In this document: in pieces, positions 40,111 through 53,506 of the stretch | Layout: each line of letters opens with the position of its first letter | Position numbering within the stretch: position 1 is the first letter of the stretch | NCBI GenBank assembly: GCA_964016885.1 | Contig: OZ024742.1 | Location: forward strand, 37,572,001 to 37,636,000 | Length of the DNA stretch: 64,000 nt | Origin: Eledone cirrhosa | Lineage: Eukaryota | Reading direction: 5' to 3' | The notes under the pieces: generated by a model | The model's database searches: none | What the model was told of the DNA's origin: nothing | Seen by the model: the letters and a program-made list of their open reading frames with translations, nothing else | Program-made: the position numbers and the translations under genes

Positions 40111-40950
40111 TTCGATTTAAGTTGGCTAACCTCAAGCAACTTTTAAAAAGCCTCGAAGCCATTGAGCCTCATCAAGGTTTTTTATACTTAGGAATTATTT
40201 GTCAATTCCTAAGTTGTTATATTTCCTCAGATTTATATACTATTAGGACAAAAATAAATACCAGATAACACACAGACATCTTTGTTATCTTCATATAAAC
40301 TAAATTTTACTGTTTATTTTACATTGTCTTATCCTTCTTAACACAAATCATTTTCTACATTATACACAATGGTTCAGCTGTTGGGCCCTGACTCTCCCTC
40401 CCTAATATAGTTACACTCTACTATCCCAAGTATCGAGTAATCTGCTGAACAATGGTATTACTAGTTTAAAACTCTTTCTCTCTCTCTATATATATATAAT
40501 AAAATGTTGTAGTTTGCTTGAAACATTGTGTATAGTGTATAATGTAGAAAATAATTTGGTTAAAGAAGGATAGGACAATGTGAAATGGACAGTAAAATTT
40601 AGTTAAATGAAGGCAATGAAGATGTTTGTGTGATACCTGGTATTCATTTTCTACATTATACACTATACACAATGCTTCAAGCAAACTACAACATTTATAT
40701 ATTTTTAAAAAAGGACAGATATAATATCAATAGTTTTATTTGTCTCATGCTTGAAAGGAAAAGGAAAGTTCACCATATTAGACATTAGTCCTTCATTAGA
40801 AGTAGTAGAAACACAAAGATGAGGTTCACAGATAGAAGATAAAAAGGAGGGGGGGGGGGCATGTGAGTGTGTGTTTTTGCATTTAATTCTTTGTGTGTTT
40901 GTGTTGTTGGAGTGATGCATGTATGCCTGAGTGTATTAACATTGTATATA

Positions 40951-42553
40951 TTTAACGAAGGGTTAAAAATGAAAAGTTAGAATGGTTATATGTAGTTATT
41001 AGAAATGATTATAACAAGAATAATAGTTGTAAATGTATAATAGGAATAGGTGTAATAACGAAAATATAAAGAATAAATGATTTTATTTTATTGGCCATGT
41101 TCGATATGCAGAAAAGGAACTGGCATAAATTCTATAAAATGCACACAATGCAGATCCTGGGTACACAAGAGATGTAGCGTGATAGCAGGCAAACTAACAG
41201 GTAGGGAGAAATATGTATGCAGCAGATGTACAGGGAAATTAGACAGTAGAAGTCGCATGATAGACACATTTTTCAAATGCAGGAGGGTGCTATAGAAGTT
41301 GTGGATAGCTTGTGGTACCTAGGAAATCAGATTAGCATGGGAGGAGGGTGTTCCGAGGCCATAGTATCTAGAATAAGGACTGGTTGGAAGAAGTTTAGGG
41401 AGCTGCTGACGAAGAAGCGTTTCTCCCTGCGTACGAAAGGCCGGTTGTATGATGCCTGTGTGAGGAGTGCGATGCTACATGGTAGTGAGACATGGGCAGC
41501 AACTGCAGAGGATATGCGACGGCTGGAGAGAAATGAGGCAAGCATGCTCCGTTGGATGTGCAGTGAAAATGTGTGTGAACGACCCAGCATGAATCTGTTG
41601 AGAGAGAAACTGTGTCTGAGAGGGATAGAATGTAGTGTATGGGAGAGGAGACTGAGGTGGTATGGACATGTGATGCGCATGGAGGATGACCGATGGGTGA
41701 AGAAGTGCCAGGAAATGCCAGTTAAGGAAGACATGGTAGAGGTAGACCACGAAAAACATGGGCGGAGGTGATGAGAACAGACCTCAGATCGTTGAAGCTC
41801 ATGGTGGAGATGACGAAGGACCGTGACGAGGGAGAGATGCTGTGCTGAATAAGACCCGTCCCACCCTTGCCAGCAGGGAAGAGCAGATGTAAAATGATGA
41901 TGATGATGATGATGATATAGTTTACTTCACGTGAATCAATTAAAAAGTACATATAAAACAGTTACCAAGAGTTGTTATTGTTTCTGATGTGAGGCTGTTG
42001 TAATCTGTTGTTGTTGTTGGTGTGAAAGCAGCGAGCAACAGATAATTGTTGTTGTTGGAATTTGGAGACCTTGGTAGTAGTTGTGTGACCGTGTTAGTAA
42101 AAGAGAGAGATATGGTATGTATATCTCGGAATGGTCTGTAGTAACTTTGAAACACTGTGGCCTGCAGACGGCGGTGAATCTTCCACATTTGTATTCTGTA
42201 GTAGTAGGGTTTCAATCGCTCTGGGTGTATCTGTAGACCTCATGGGGTCTGTTGAATAGTGGTGAATCTTTACATAGCTAGTTGTGTATCCTAGCGCTTC
42301 GATATCTCTGTGTCTGTAGACCCTTTGGGTCTATTGATAGCAGTAAATCCTTACATAGCTTGTTATAGGTGTAATGATCTGATGTATCTCCTATAGTGGG
42401 ATAATAGCACAGGCTTTATATAACTATCGCTTCCTGTCCCCCACCTTGAGGGGATAGTCAACAAATCAACCTGTCTGCACCAAAAGGGTGTTGACCCAGA
42501 ATTTAACCTTTAGGTATCACCCAAAGTTCAAGGCGCGGACAGATTTCGTTACA
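40951..42553 (-). mobile_element. Solo LTR (~780 bp) carrying a nested RTE fragment
   Basis: Termini TTTAACGAA...TTCGTTACA (imperfect inverted). The satellite TA tract has 4 extra bases, consistent with a TATA TSD. Minus-strand TATA-like motif at ~42415 and AATAAA at ~41082. Confidence 0.75.
41091..41916 (+). mobile_element. 5'-truncated RTE LINE with PHD-like finger and (GAT)n tail, frameshifted
   Basis: WPCSICRKG..CTQCRSWVHKRC..CSRC, YLG, KGRLYDACVRSAMLHGSETW, RRLRWYGHV. Confidence 0.92.
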
Positions 42554-43483
42554 TATATATCTGGTTTGTCCATGTATGGCTGGGTGTATTAACATTGTAT
42601 ATATACCTGGTCTGTCCATATATGGCTGGGTGTATTAACATTGTATATATATCTGGTTTGTCCATATATGGCTGGGTGTATTAACATTGTATATATACCT
42701 GGATCGTCCATATATGGCTGGGTGTATTAACATTGTATATAGACGTTGTTTATCCATATATGGCTGGGTGTATTAACATTGTATATATACCTGGTTTATC
42801 CATATATGGCTGGGTGTATTAACATTGTATATATATACCAGGTTTATCCATGTAACAAACATACAAAAAAAAATGTGAAAAACACAACCTAACTCCAAAA
42901 GATGAAATAACAGGAGTAAAAATAAACATATCACGACCATTGCATCATCAATATATGATGCTAAGTAAGAATATGTGTGTACAAGTGTTGATATGTGTAT
43001 GTTTATCAGTGTGTTTCAGCTTTTTGTTGCATGTGTAATGTATCTGCATTTGTGAGTGTCATTTGGTGCATGTGTATTGGTTTGAACGTAGATGGGACAT
43101 TAGTGTGGGGCACAGTGGGGAAAGTAGATTAGATGAAGAAGGGCTGCACATTCAGTCCATAGGGGTGGGGGCAATATATGCAGAAAAAAATGAACTTCAG
43201 TTCCCTCAGGTGGCGCGAGTTCATGGGTCCAGTGCAGGATGCCAGGCCAAAGACTGTAGGGTGTCATGTGGAATAGCCGAGAGAGCGAAAATATTGGGCA
43301 ACAGGAGATGGGTTGCCAACATAGATGTCCCAAAGATGTTCAATGAATCTGTCAACAACACAAGTCAAATTATTTGAGTTAAGTCTGCTTCAGCTCTCAC
43401 TATTTTTCTTAAATAAATCAAACTAATAAAGAATATATATCATCATCATGGTTTAATGTACATCTTCCACGCTAGCATAGGTT

Positions 43484-43519
<36 letters not shown>

Positions 43520-44002
43520 TTATTTTATGTCTGCTTTTCATACTGGCATTGGTTGGTCGCTACTGCCTGAGTCAGTTCCTAACTGGAGTTACTGCTCTCC
43601 TAGAGAGGTGATTGAAATAGGTCTCGTTAATGCATTCCAAATGTTGGCATTGTTTCTACAGCGAGATGTCCTTCTTAACACATTACAGAATGTATTGATT
43701 ATATTTTGTCATAACAATTCTAAAGAGGTTGTTTTATCCATTGCAAGGTTAGAGAGAGTTTTTCACTGCATGAAGTCTTTGTCCTTTCAAAGTGAACATT
43801 ACTGAGAGATATTTGATTGAGAGTGATAGCCAAGAGTTGAAAGAGAAAAGAGTGAGAGAATAGATCTGAGTATGTAGGGGAAACATGAGTGATAGTATGG
43901 TAGGGAAACAGAGGAGTAGAGGTAGACACATGTTAATTGTTGGTAGTGGATTGGTAGAGTAGAAAACAGCATGAGCAATGTAATGGACTACCCATAGGGA
44001 TA

Positions 44003-46096
44003 GCGTGTGCAGCATCGGTGCCATGTAAGCAGAAAAAAAACCACCCCAAAAGTGCAATTTGGGCAACTTCAGCGGTCCGACTTGCCAGGAAAGAACGTCG
44101 GAACGCTGAACGGGAATATAAACTGCATAAATCAGATGCCAACAGAAAAATGCGGAATAAATCTTCTAACCATCTCAAGCAAGTGACAAAGAAGGCAGTG
44201 CTTGAATTTGAACAGTGCATAGCAACCAATACTGACGGTAAGGTGTTCTGGAAATATGTTCATTCAAAGCAGATACCTCACTCTCAAGTTGGTCCTCTTC
44301 GCAATCCCCACACAAGCCAGATCACTGATGATCCCAAAGAATGCGCAGAACTCATTGCTGAGTGCTATGCAAGTATATTTACTGTTGAAAACCAGAATGT
44401 ACCATCTCTAACATCAAATTCCATAACAACTATGGAATTTACACCTGCAATGTTGCGACGTCACCTTAAGAATAAGCGCAACTATGCCTCCCCTGGTCTT
44501 GATGGTGTTACATACCTGCTTCTCAAACATGGCGGGTATTTCCTTTTGCGCCAGCTTTCTTTCTTACAATACCGTCTCAACAATGGTGCTACTCCGGAGC
44601 AGTGGAAAACTGCCAGTATCATTCCCCTGTTCAAAAAGGGCAACAGCATGTCACCTGTCAACTATCGTCCAGTCAGTCTTACTAGCTGTATGGCCAAACT
44701 GATGGAATCCTGTGTCAGAGAAACACTTTGGAACTTCTGGAGCTCTCACAGCCTCATCCGGCCCTCACAGTTTGGATTTATCCCTAACTCCAGCTGCTCT
44801 GATCAGCTTATCTAGTTCCTTGAAGACATCACCCGGATCACTGGCAGCGGCTCATGGGTGGATGTTGTTTACCTTGACTTTGCTAAGGCTTTTAATTCTG
44901 TGCCACACAAAAGACTTATGGCAAAACTCTCTGCAATGGGTGTGAGGGATGATCTTTTCGACTGGTTGAAATCCTTCATTCTCAGCCGAAAAAAAGTAAT
45001 CACGGTCTACGACAGCATTCTTCACCATATGAGATGTCATCTGGTGTACCACAGGGATCTGTTCTTGGTCCCCTTTTGTTTGTGGCATATATTAATGACA
45101 TAGATGCCAACTTACAGAATGCCACGGTACTAAAATATGCAGATGACATCAAGCTGTACCTTGAAATCAAAAGGACTGATCCTGAAATCTACAACTCTTT
45201 CCTACAATCAGACCTGGACACAATGCAGCAATGGATCACAGACTGGCAACTGAAGCTGGCTGTGGACAAGTGTACTACTATGCATTTTGGGAGGAAAAAT
45301 CCAGCGTCCCCATACTCCCTCCACAACACTGATATCAAGAAGTCCTCTTGTGAACGTGACCTGGGCATTACTGTCAGCAGCGATTTGCGTTGGACAAAGC
45401 ATGTCTCTAAGATTGTCAAGAAGGCCGAGGGTGTCTTGGCATCACTCAGCAAGACCTTTGTTAGCCGCTCTCCAGCCATCTATTTAAAACTGTATACAGC
45501 TATGGAACGACCACACTTGGAATTCGCATCATCAGTCTGGAACCCCTATCTTGCTCAGAACATTGACCTGGAAACTGTTCAGAGACGTGCAACCAAGCGC
45601 ATACCCTCCATCAGACACCTACCATACTCTGAACGCCTTGCTTCCCTGGGCATGGATTCATTGAAGCTCCGACGTCTGGCAATGGACTTGGTGAATACCC
45701 ACAAAGTTATTAACCATCTCGCCAATTGCAACCCTGAGCACCTTTTTGATCTCCATGTGTCTAACACACGTGGACATGCCTACAAAATCAGAAAACAGCA
45801 CAGCTCCCATGACTTTCGTAGACATTTATTCACGCTCAGTGTTGCTGAAGCATGGAACAAACTGCCTGCATCAGTTGTTAGCTGCCGAGACACTGTGTCC
45901 TTTAAGACACTCATGCTTCCCGAAATACGCCAAAACTACACCTGATGTACCCCTTCCATACACATGCACACGTGTGTATCATGACTCATGCACTATTCAT
46001 TTTCCTGATGTTTGTACATTACGCTATGTACTATACCTACAGTTTTTGATGAGTTGTAGTGCACCTGAGCACTGTACACAATATTTCATTATTATT
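44003..46096 (+). mobile_element. 5'-truncated CR1/L2-group LINE (RT with stop and frameshifts)
   Basis: SPGLDG, PLFKKG..NYRPVSLTS, QFGF, YLDFAKAFNSVPH, SGVPQGSVLGPLLF, YADDIK, RGHAYK..WNKLP; (ATT)n tail; empty site gggataagtc at 11401 and 33027. Confidence 0.95.
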
Positions 46097-46664
46097 ATAA
46101 GTCATAGGATGAAATAGCTTTTCTAGATATTTTATTAAAATTTTAAGTCAGACACAAAAGTACATAAGTCACAAAACCCAACTGTCAACTGGTCATAATA
46201 TCAAAATAGTGACAAATGTCTGTGTAACCAGACTGGGTATTAAAGTTAATCCAAAATAAATTGCAGAAGATCACATATTTATATAACATTAAATAAATTA
46301 TTACAACATTTCATTTGTTATTTACACAAATTTTCTACCAGATATATGGTGACAATGACACATGTAAATCTCCATTCAGTTCCATTACCATATTGTAGAA
46401 CATTTTGTAATGACAGTTAAAGAAAATCTCCAGCTCATGTTTGTCTGAGATAAAACAACAAAGATAATGTAGTTTGAAAACACAGCCTTTCTCCATTTAT
46501 TTGTTCAGTTCTGAAAGATTTCATTGCATCAATAGTCTCACAGCAATTCTATTGTGGCATGAAATAATAATTTGTACAAATTCTTCATTATTTTCTTGTT
46601 TATGTGTCATGGAGCATTGCAATGAGTAAAACTACCATCCTTAGTGGATATTTCTTCATGAATA

Positions 46665-47834
46665 TCAGGATTTCTTACCCGTATGAACATTTTTATGACG
46701 AGTTAAACTGTGATTATCAGCATATGATTTACCACAAATATCACAACTATATGGTCTCTCACCTGTGTGACTACGTATATGAAGTGTTAAATGACCTCTC
46801 TGAGAGAATGTTTTACCACAGGTATCACAGTGAAATGGCTTTTCACCTGTGTGAACACGTACATGTTGAGTTAAATGACTATTCTGAGAGAATGTTTTAC
46901 CACAGGTATCACAATGATATGGTTTCTCACCAGTGTGAGTACGTATATGTCCAGTTAGTCTATCACTGGTAGAGAATGTTTTTGTACAGATTTCACAGTG
47001 GTATGGTTTATCTCCAGTGTGAACTTGTACATGATTGGCCAAACTATTACATCCAGAGAAAGTTTTACCACAGATATCGCAACGGTATGGTTTCTCACCA
47101 CTGTGAATACGTTTGTGGTTAGTCATGTTTCCTCTCGCAGAGAACGTTTTCCCACAGATATCACAACGATGTGGTCTTTCCCATGTGTGAACAGATCTGT
47201 GAACCTTTAAATAAGAACTTCGCGAGAATGTTTTACCACAAACACCACATTGATATGGTTTTTCTCCTGTATGAATACGTATATGATGAGTTAAACTATT
47301 AAGCTGTGTGAATGATTTCCCACAGGTATCACAATGATATGGTTTCTCACCTGAGTGAGTATTTTTGTGTCTACTCAAATGTCCAAATTGTGTGAATCTT
47401 CTACCACAAATATCACAGTGGTAAGGCTTTTCATCAGTATGAATACGTTTGTGATTCGTTAAAGTACTGCTTTCTGAAAAGGTTTTGTCACAGATATCAC
47501 ATCGGTGTGCTTTCTTGCTTCTGTGAATACGTTTATGTCTAGTTAAATACAAATTCTGAGAGAATACTTTACCACAGATTAAACATTTAAAATCCTTCTG
47601 ATCTGACTGAACACCTTTAGAATAAGAACGGTTTTTACCAGCTGTTTTGCTGTGCATTTTAGAATACTTCAGCTTTAAGCTTGTAAGAATTACATTATAT
47701 TGTGTGAATGTTTTCTTATGGATGTCAAAGTGATATGATTTCTTCTGTGTATCTCCACATGTCTCATGAGATATGTCGCTAGGTTCAGACTTAATTTCAT
47801 CACAAACTGGTCTTTCACACACTTTATCCTCCAT
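46665..47834 (-). CDS. C2H2 zinc-finger protein, 11 fingers (copy 4, 389 aa)
   Basis: Intact ORF paralogous to copies 1, 2 and 5. Confidence 0.95.
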   Translation of the reverse strand: MEDKVCERPVCDEIKSEPSDISHETCGDTQKKSYHFDIHKKTFTQYNVILTSLKLKYSKMHSKTAGKNRSYSKGVQSDQKDFKCLICGKVFSQNLYLTRHKRIHRSKKAHRCDICDKTFSESSTLTNHKRIHTDEKPYHCDICGRRFTQFGHLSRHKNTHSGEKPYHCDTCGKSFTQLNSLTHHIRIHTGEKPYQCGVCGKTFSRSSYLKVHRSVHTWERPHRCDICGKTFSARGNMTNHKRIHSGEKPYRCDICGKTFSGCNSLANHVQVHTGDKPYHCEICTKTFSTSDRLTGHIRTHTGEKPYHCDTCGKTFSQNSHLTQHVRVHTGEKPFHCDTCGKTFSQRGHLTLHIRSHTGERPYSCDICGKSYADNHSLTRHKNVHTGKKS

Positions 47835-48927
47835 AATTTTCTTACAAGTATTCTAAAAATGTTTGTTATTTTCAAATGTTTAACGCAGAATAATAAATTC
47901 TCTGAAACTTCCCAACAGAATCTTCATGTTAAATGTCTCTATAATCTCAATTAAAATCAAAGTTACAGAGAACAGTTACTTGTATTCTCGATAATGTCAG
48001 TTTTCTGGTTTCAAAACCTGACAAATTTCTTGATATATCTTGAATCAACAATTACCATCTGAATGTCACCACAAACTCTGAAAAAAAATATAAGGTAGAG
48101 AAAAGTTAACATAAAGATTATTAGTGATGGAGGAACTTGATTAGAGACATTGAATGTTATATTAACAAAGATTAGAAAATATCTACAGAAGAAAGACACA
48201 ACAGTATGGATATGTAGTGTAAATATATAATGTGATGTGAGGATGATGGACTTTAGAATGATGAAAATAATGGGATACACTGAGGGAGAAGGAAAAGCAG
48301 AATGTTTTTAGTGTGAGTGTATATGATCAGATACCTCAGGTACTCCATATGCATGAAAAATTGTAGTTCAGTGAAATGAAAATGAAATTTACAGCTCCCA
48401 CCTATGTAGGTTTAGCTGGTCTCCTATAGGTTGTATCTCAGAAGAAGTTTCTTGAGTGGTTTAATGATAGGGGCTCCAGGTCTATCATGAAAAGTAACAT
48501 GAAATAAAGTGTCCTGCTCAAGAATAAAACATCCTGCCCAGTCCAATAATTGAATCCATGACACCCAAACCACTCAGTGAGTATTAACATATCAATGTAA
48601 AGAGCATTAAATATGCTATCACTAAATATATTAGCTAATGACTAATATAATTTTAACTGTTTCGGCAATGCTTGCTAAAAGATAGGAAAAAATGAGTATA
48701 TTTTAATTAAAATGCAATAAAATATTGGCTTGTTAATTGGATCTTGAATTCTATATGTTGTTTATGTTTCATATATTCTTTAGTTTTATTATTTTGTTAA
48801 TCCAGTGAATGTTCAGGTTAATGCTAAAAATATTCAGATGACATACTGGCCATACAGGCATTTGGTCAATACTCAGTGGATGATTCGGTTGGGCACAAAA
48901 AAGATTGAAATGAAAATGAGACATGCC

Positions 48928-50037
48928 TTAACTGAGCAGTGAAAACATATCTCTTGCTCTCAGTAGTCTGTTAGTCAGTGTCACTTTAACAAAAGAAGTG
49001 AAAACACACGTCTGGTCCTTAACATTCAGTTGGTTAATGTCGCCTTAGCACTGAAAATATGAGCTCAGCGTTCAGGTATCTATTAGTGTCACTTTAGATG
49101 AGCAGTAAAAACACATCTAGCCCTCAGCATTGAAAACACACCCCGGGTCTTCAGCAGTTAGTTAGTCAGTATTGCGTTAGCTGAGCAGTGAAAAAACAGC
49201 TTTCACCCTAAGCAATTTTTTAACCAGTGTCACCTTAGTCAAACAATCAAAACTCACCTCTGGCATTCAACAGCCTGTTAATCAGTGTTGCTTTAGCTGA
49301 GCAATGAAAACACACTTCTGGTTCTGAGCACTTTGTTAGTCAGTGTTACGTTAGCTGAGCAGTGGAAACTCACCTCTGGCCCTTGGCAGTCTGGTAGCTA
49401 ATGTTGCCTTAGCTGAGAAATGAAAATGCAACTCTGGCACTGTGCAGCCAAAGTCTGTAAGTCGGTGTTGCTTTACCTGAGCAATGAAAACTTATGTCTA
49501 GCCCTCAAAAGTCAGCAGCCTGTTAATTAAAGTCCCATTAGCTGAGCAGTGAAAACATGACTCTGGCCCTCAGCAGGCTTTTAGCGAGAGTTACCTTAGC
49601 TGAGAAGTAAAAACACACTTCTGGCCTACAACTGTCTGTTAATCAGTGATGCTTTAGCTGAAAGTTGAAAACACTCCTAGCACTAAACAATTAGTGCAGG
49701 TATGAGCAACCTTTTTTCGAGTAGTGGGTTGCATAGGATGTGGCTCATCATAAGGCAAACTGCACCACTAAAGAATCCATTTTGAAATTAGGTGTGTAGG
49801 TGTATCACTCACAAAGCCAAACGGGTCGCAGTTTGGCCATGACTGTATTAGTGTATACTTAACTGAGCAGTGAAAACATGCACCAGAGCCTCAGCTGTCT
49901 ATTAGTCAGCGTCACATTAGCTGAGCAGTGAAAACACACCTCCGTCTCTCAGTATTCAGCAGCCTGTTAGTAAGTGTCACATCAGATGAGCACTGCAAAC
50001 ACGCCTGGTCGTCAGTAGTTTGTTAATCAGTGTCATC
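48928..50037. repeat. 58-bp diverged tandem repeat (cassette C)
   Basis: Paralog of 14249-15385. Confidence 0.88.
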
Positions 50038-51058
50038 CAGATAACCAGGTGGAGAGATACCTCAGATGATTTTATCACAGCATATCCACTAACTTTTCTG
50101 GTGACCAGTGTACAGCTAGCCTTTCTTTCATTGTATGGTTTCTGAATTAGGAACAAAGTCAGCAATTTAATGGGAGGGGAAAGTCGATTATATCGACTCC
50201 GGTAGTTGACTGGCATCGAGTCGAAAGGATGAAAGGCAAAGTTAACCTCAGCAGGATTATAACATATAAGAATAAAATGAGTTTGTGCTGTGTTCTGGAG
50301 AATTTATGTCAACGAACAGTTACTATTGGAACTAACATTCTGAATTTTAATTAACGTATCACTATCGTGAATTATCATGATACCGCTGTTCTGATGTTTT
50401 GTATGTGTAATTAAAGTATATATAATCAAACACGTTGAACACAAGATAAACACACGTGTGAGCGTGTGTTTGTGCAAACACACGAAGATATTGTCAAAAG
50501 ATTAACTATGGGGGTCTAAAATATAGGAAGATTCATTACAAACTGATTTGGTTGAAATGAAACTGTTGTCAAAGAAAGAATAACAATGGAGGGGAACATT
50601 AGGACACTATGTCACAATTAATAACAAATACATCAATGTTACCATGAATAGTGGTGTTAAATAGTTTATAAAATTCAACATTACTGGTGTTTACTTTTCA
50701 ATAGAGATTAAAACAATGTAAAGAACAGCTCACCATCAATACATACTGTGGGTTGTTGTTACAGTAGAGATGTTTACACTAGAAATACTAAAACATCATA
50801 TTTAACAACATATCAAATTACTGTGTATCTTTCTCGCTATTTAGTTAAATAATGTTAAGAGATAAATGGATTTGTGGATATTTACTCACATTAGGTATCT
50901 CTCATGTGCTTATTTAACGAATAATACTGACGACACAGAAGAAATTTAGTCATATACATTGCTACAGACATAACTAATGCATCGAATCATCAGCCGTTTT
51001 TTCGTATAAGACTTTTAATTCTCTTACCTAACGGTGTACCGAACGAAGTACTGTAGGC

Positions 51059-51965
51059 CAGTGCTTCTCAAACTACCTGATGTGGCGGACGGGCATTTTT
51101 TTTTCAATGTGCCACGTACTGCTAATATTTCGTAGTAATATTAATTTATACCGGAAATGATATATATAATGAATATAATAAAAGTTGACAATTTTTTTAT
51201 CTTCTATTTATTCTGTAAACAATAATACAATATCAAAACATATAAAAAAAATAATAAGCAGTTTATTAACACAAAAATAAAAAAAATTATATAACCTTAA
51301 TCTTTACTAGTATGAAAGGTGAACCTGCTTCTTTTTTTACTGTTAAGAATTAATCAGGCTATTTTAAGCGTGAGAAAACAGTTACACTAAGGGAAGAAAT
51401 AATTTATTTGAGGATACGGGCCGAAGTAAAGGGAGCATGGTTTTGAATGGAGACTAAAGTATCATTCGGCGGCATTACAATATCACAAATATACTACATT
51501 TACTTACATAATCTCTACCACAGCCGGTAAGTACCACGCGTCACCACCGGCCAACTGATAAGTTGTTTACTTACTGCAGTAGGTCGTTTAGTCACCGAAA
51601 CTGATGCTGCACGGTCCATTTTCTATTATTTGACTTTCTTTCTTTCTTTCTTCATAGAAAACTATGATATATTATCAACTTATATTTTTACTATCAGCTT
51701 AATTTACCTATTATTGTCATATAATTTTCACTCCCAGTTTTCATTGCATCAGGACAAATTACTGAAACTAGCAGTCACAGCCTAAAATTTCCTTGAAATT
51801 CCTTAGATTTTACCAATTCCTCAAATCATTCCCTCGACACTGGCCGCGTACCAGTAGCTGATGGCTCGCGTACCGCTACCGGTAGCTGGTGGCTCGCGTA
51901 TCGGTAGCTGATGGCTCGCGTACCGGTAGCTGATGGCTCGCGAACCACCACTTTGAGTAGCACTG
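51059..51965 (-). mobile_element. Non-autonomous hAT (Charlie-like) DNA transposon, 907 bp
   Basis: TIRs cagtgcttctcaaa / tttgagtagcactg; perfect 8-bp TSD CTGTAGGC; minus-strand remnant KKQVHLSY* (~51308-51334) resembling a Charlie transposase C-terminus; subterminal ~22-bp repeats ggtagctgatggctcgcgtacc. Confidence 0.9.
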
Positions 51966-52041
51966 CTGTAGGCAACATCTCTTTTATATACTACATTTAT
52001 GAAGAATGTCATCATTGGGTCAATAACAATATATATATATA

Positions 52042-52252
52042 TACGATATATTAACAAATGGAAACTATATTTATAAAACCATATTTATTTCATTATACAT
52101 ATTTCAAGGACATCAAGTTAAATTATGGTGTGCTTTCATCAGATAAAATATAATATAGAGCAGTTTTATAAATAAATATTGACATACCCTTAAAGAATGC
52201 GACCATTTCTGTTGGAAGCTCCCGGATAGTGGGGTTATATCCGGGAGCTTCC
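52042..52252. mobile_element. Truncated copy of the foldback element (left arm, loop, 15 bp of right arm)
   Basis: Matches 62893-63106, then switches to cassette-start sequence. Confidence 0.85.
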
Positions 52253-52354
52253 GTTTTATCTCGCTCTCAACTTCCTGTTCCCGTCCGGTAGATTTAACAC
52301 TAATTGTCTGTTTTAAAAAAATGTCACCATTTATATTTAAACCTAAATTATTTT

Positions 52355-53506
52355 AAGGTCAGAGGCCAAGTGGCCAGGGAACCCTTACGGTTAAAGGATT
52401 TAGTATCGTTCTATCAACCTTCACCCGTGCCCAGTACCCCAACCATATTCCAAGGGAGCTAACTTGTAACCCTCTATCTCCCCTCAATCGTCGGATTCAG
52501 TCGAAATTAGCCTTATTCACCCAACCACTCCCTAACAGCTAGCTTGTCTCTAACGCCACCGTCCTCACATTGCCAGTGTTAATGCTGAGTACTCCCCCCC
52601 TCTAGCTCTGTCGTTAACCTAATTCTATCGTCGACCTCACTGATGTTGCCAATTCACCGCAAAAAACTGTGCTCACTGCTTCCGTACCAATTGATATTTG
52701 AAGACCCTTGAATGTCATTTGTGTAGCTTAAACTATCACAGGAGCTGTGTTGGCATTACTAAGGTTCAAGCTGAAAGTTTCTTAAACTGGACCTGTAACA
52801 AATGGCAATTCAGCAACAATTTACATTTGCAGGTCAGAACCTAGTTCTGACATTCAGATCTCTGTTGGGGATTTTGCTATTGCCCTCCAGTGCTTGTCTA
52901 AATTGAAATTCATCAACAGGATCCCAAAGGGAGCTTGGATCAGTTTCACCCGAGTTCTCTCCAAGCTGCTGAAAAACGTTTGCCTATCCAACATCTTGGA
53001 TTGGCAGAAACTATTCTTGTTCACCCTAGTCTCTCTCCACATGTCCAACACAAAATCTTGATCCCTCACATCTTCTCTAAAATGGCAGTTCATGTTGTTT
53101 GATTCAACCCGAACTATTGCTTATCTCAGGTTGCCAAATTCAATGAATTTGACATTAAAGGGGCTGTTAGCCTCCTCTCCTCTCTGTCATCCCTCGCCCA
53201 GTGCACTACTGATTCACTCAACCGGCTGATAGTGAAACATCTTCTGGTTCCTCCGATCCACCAGGTTATTTACAACCTGTCTTCACCCCAGGAAGGTGAT
53301 CATATCCTTTCCTGTGGATTCTGGTGCAGGGGTTGATCTTCAACGATCTCAGCACCTCAAAGATGATGACTCCTTGAGCCCTTGAAGAACCTCACCCAAT
53401 TCATCAACCTATTCTCATCCGAGAATGTCCTCCCTTATATTCACCCTGTTCCTTGGGGCTAAACTGTTTGGCTTCACAAAGCTCTATGGTGACCTCCACC
53501 CCATCT
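52355..53506 (+). mobile_element. CRE-clade fragment (cassette D)
   Basis: Paralog of 7696-8860, extending to LFLGAKLFGFTKLYGDLHPI. Confidence 0.7.

Larger units (their letters stand above)
40918..42852. repeat. 46-bp satellite array 3 (partial unit 40918-40950 plus about 6.5 units at 42554-42852), split by an insertion
   Basis: Satellite phase resumes after the inserted element. Confidence 0.95.
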
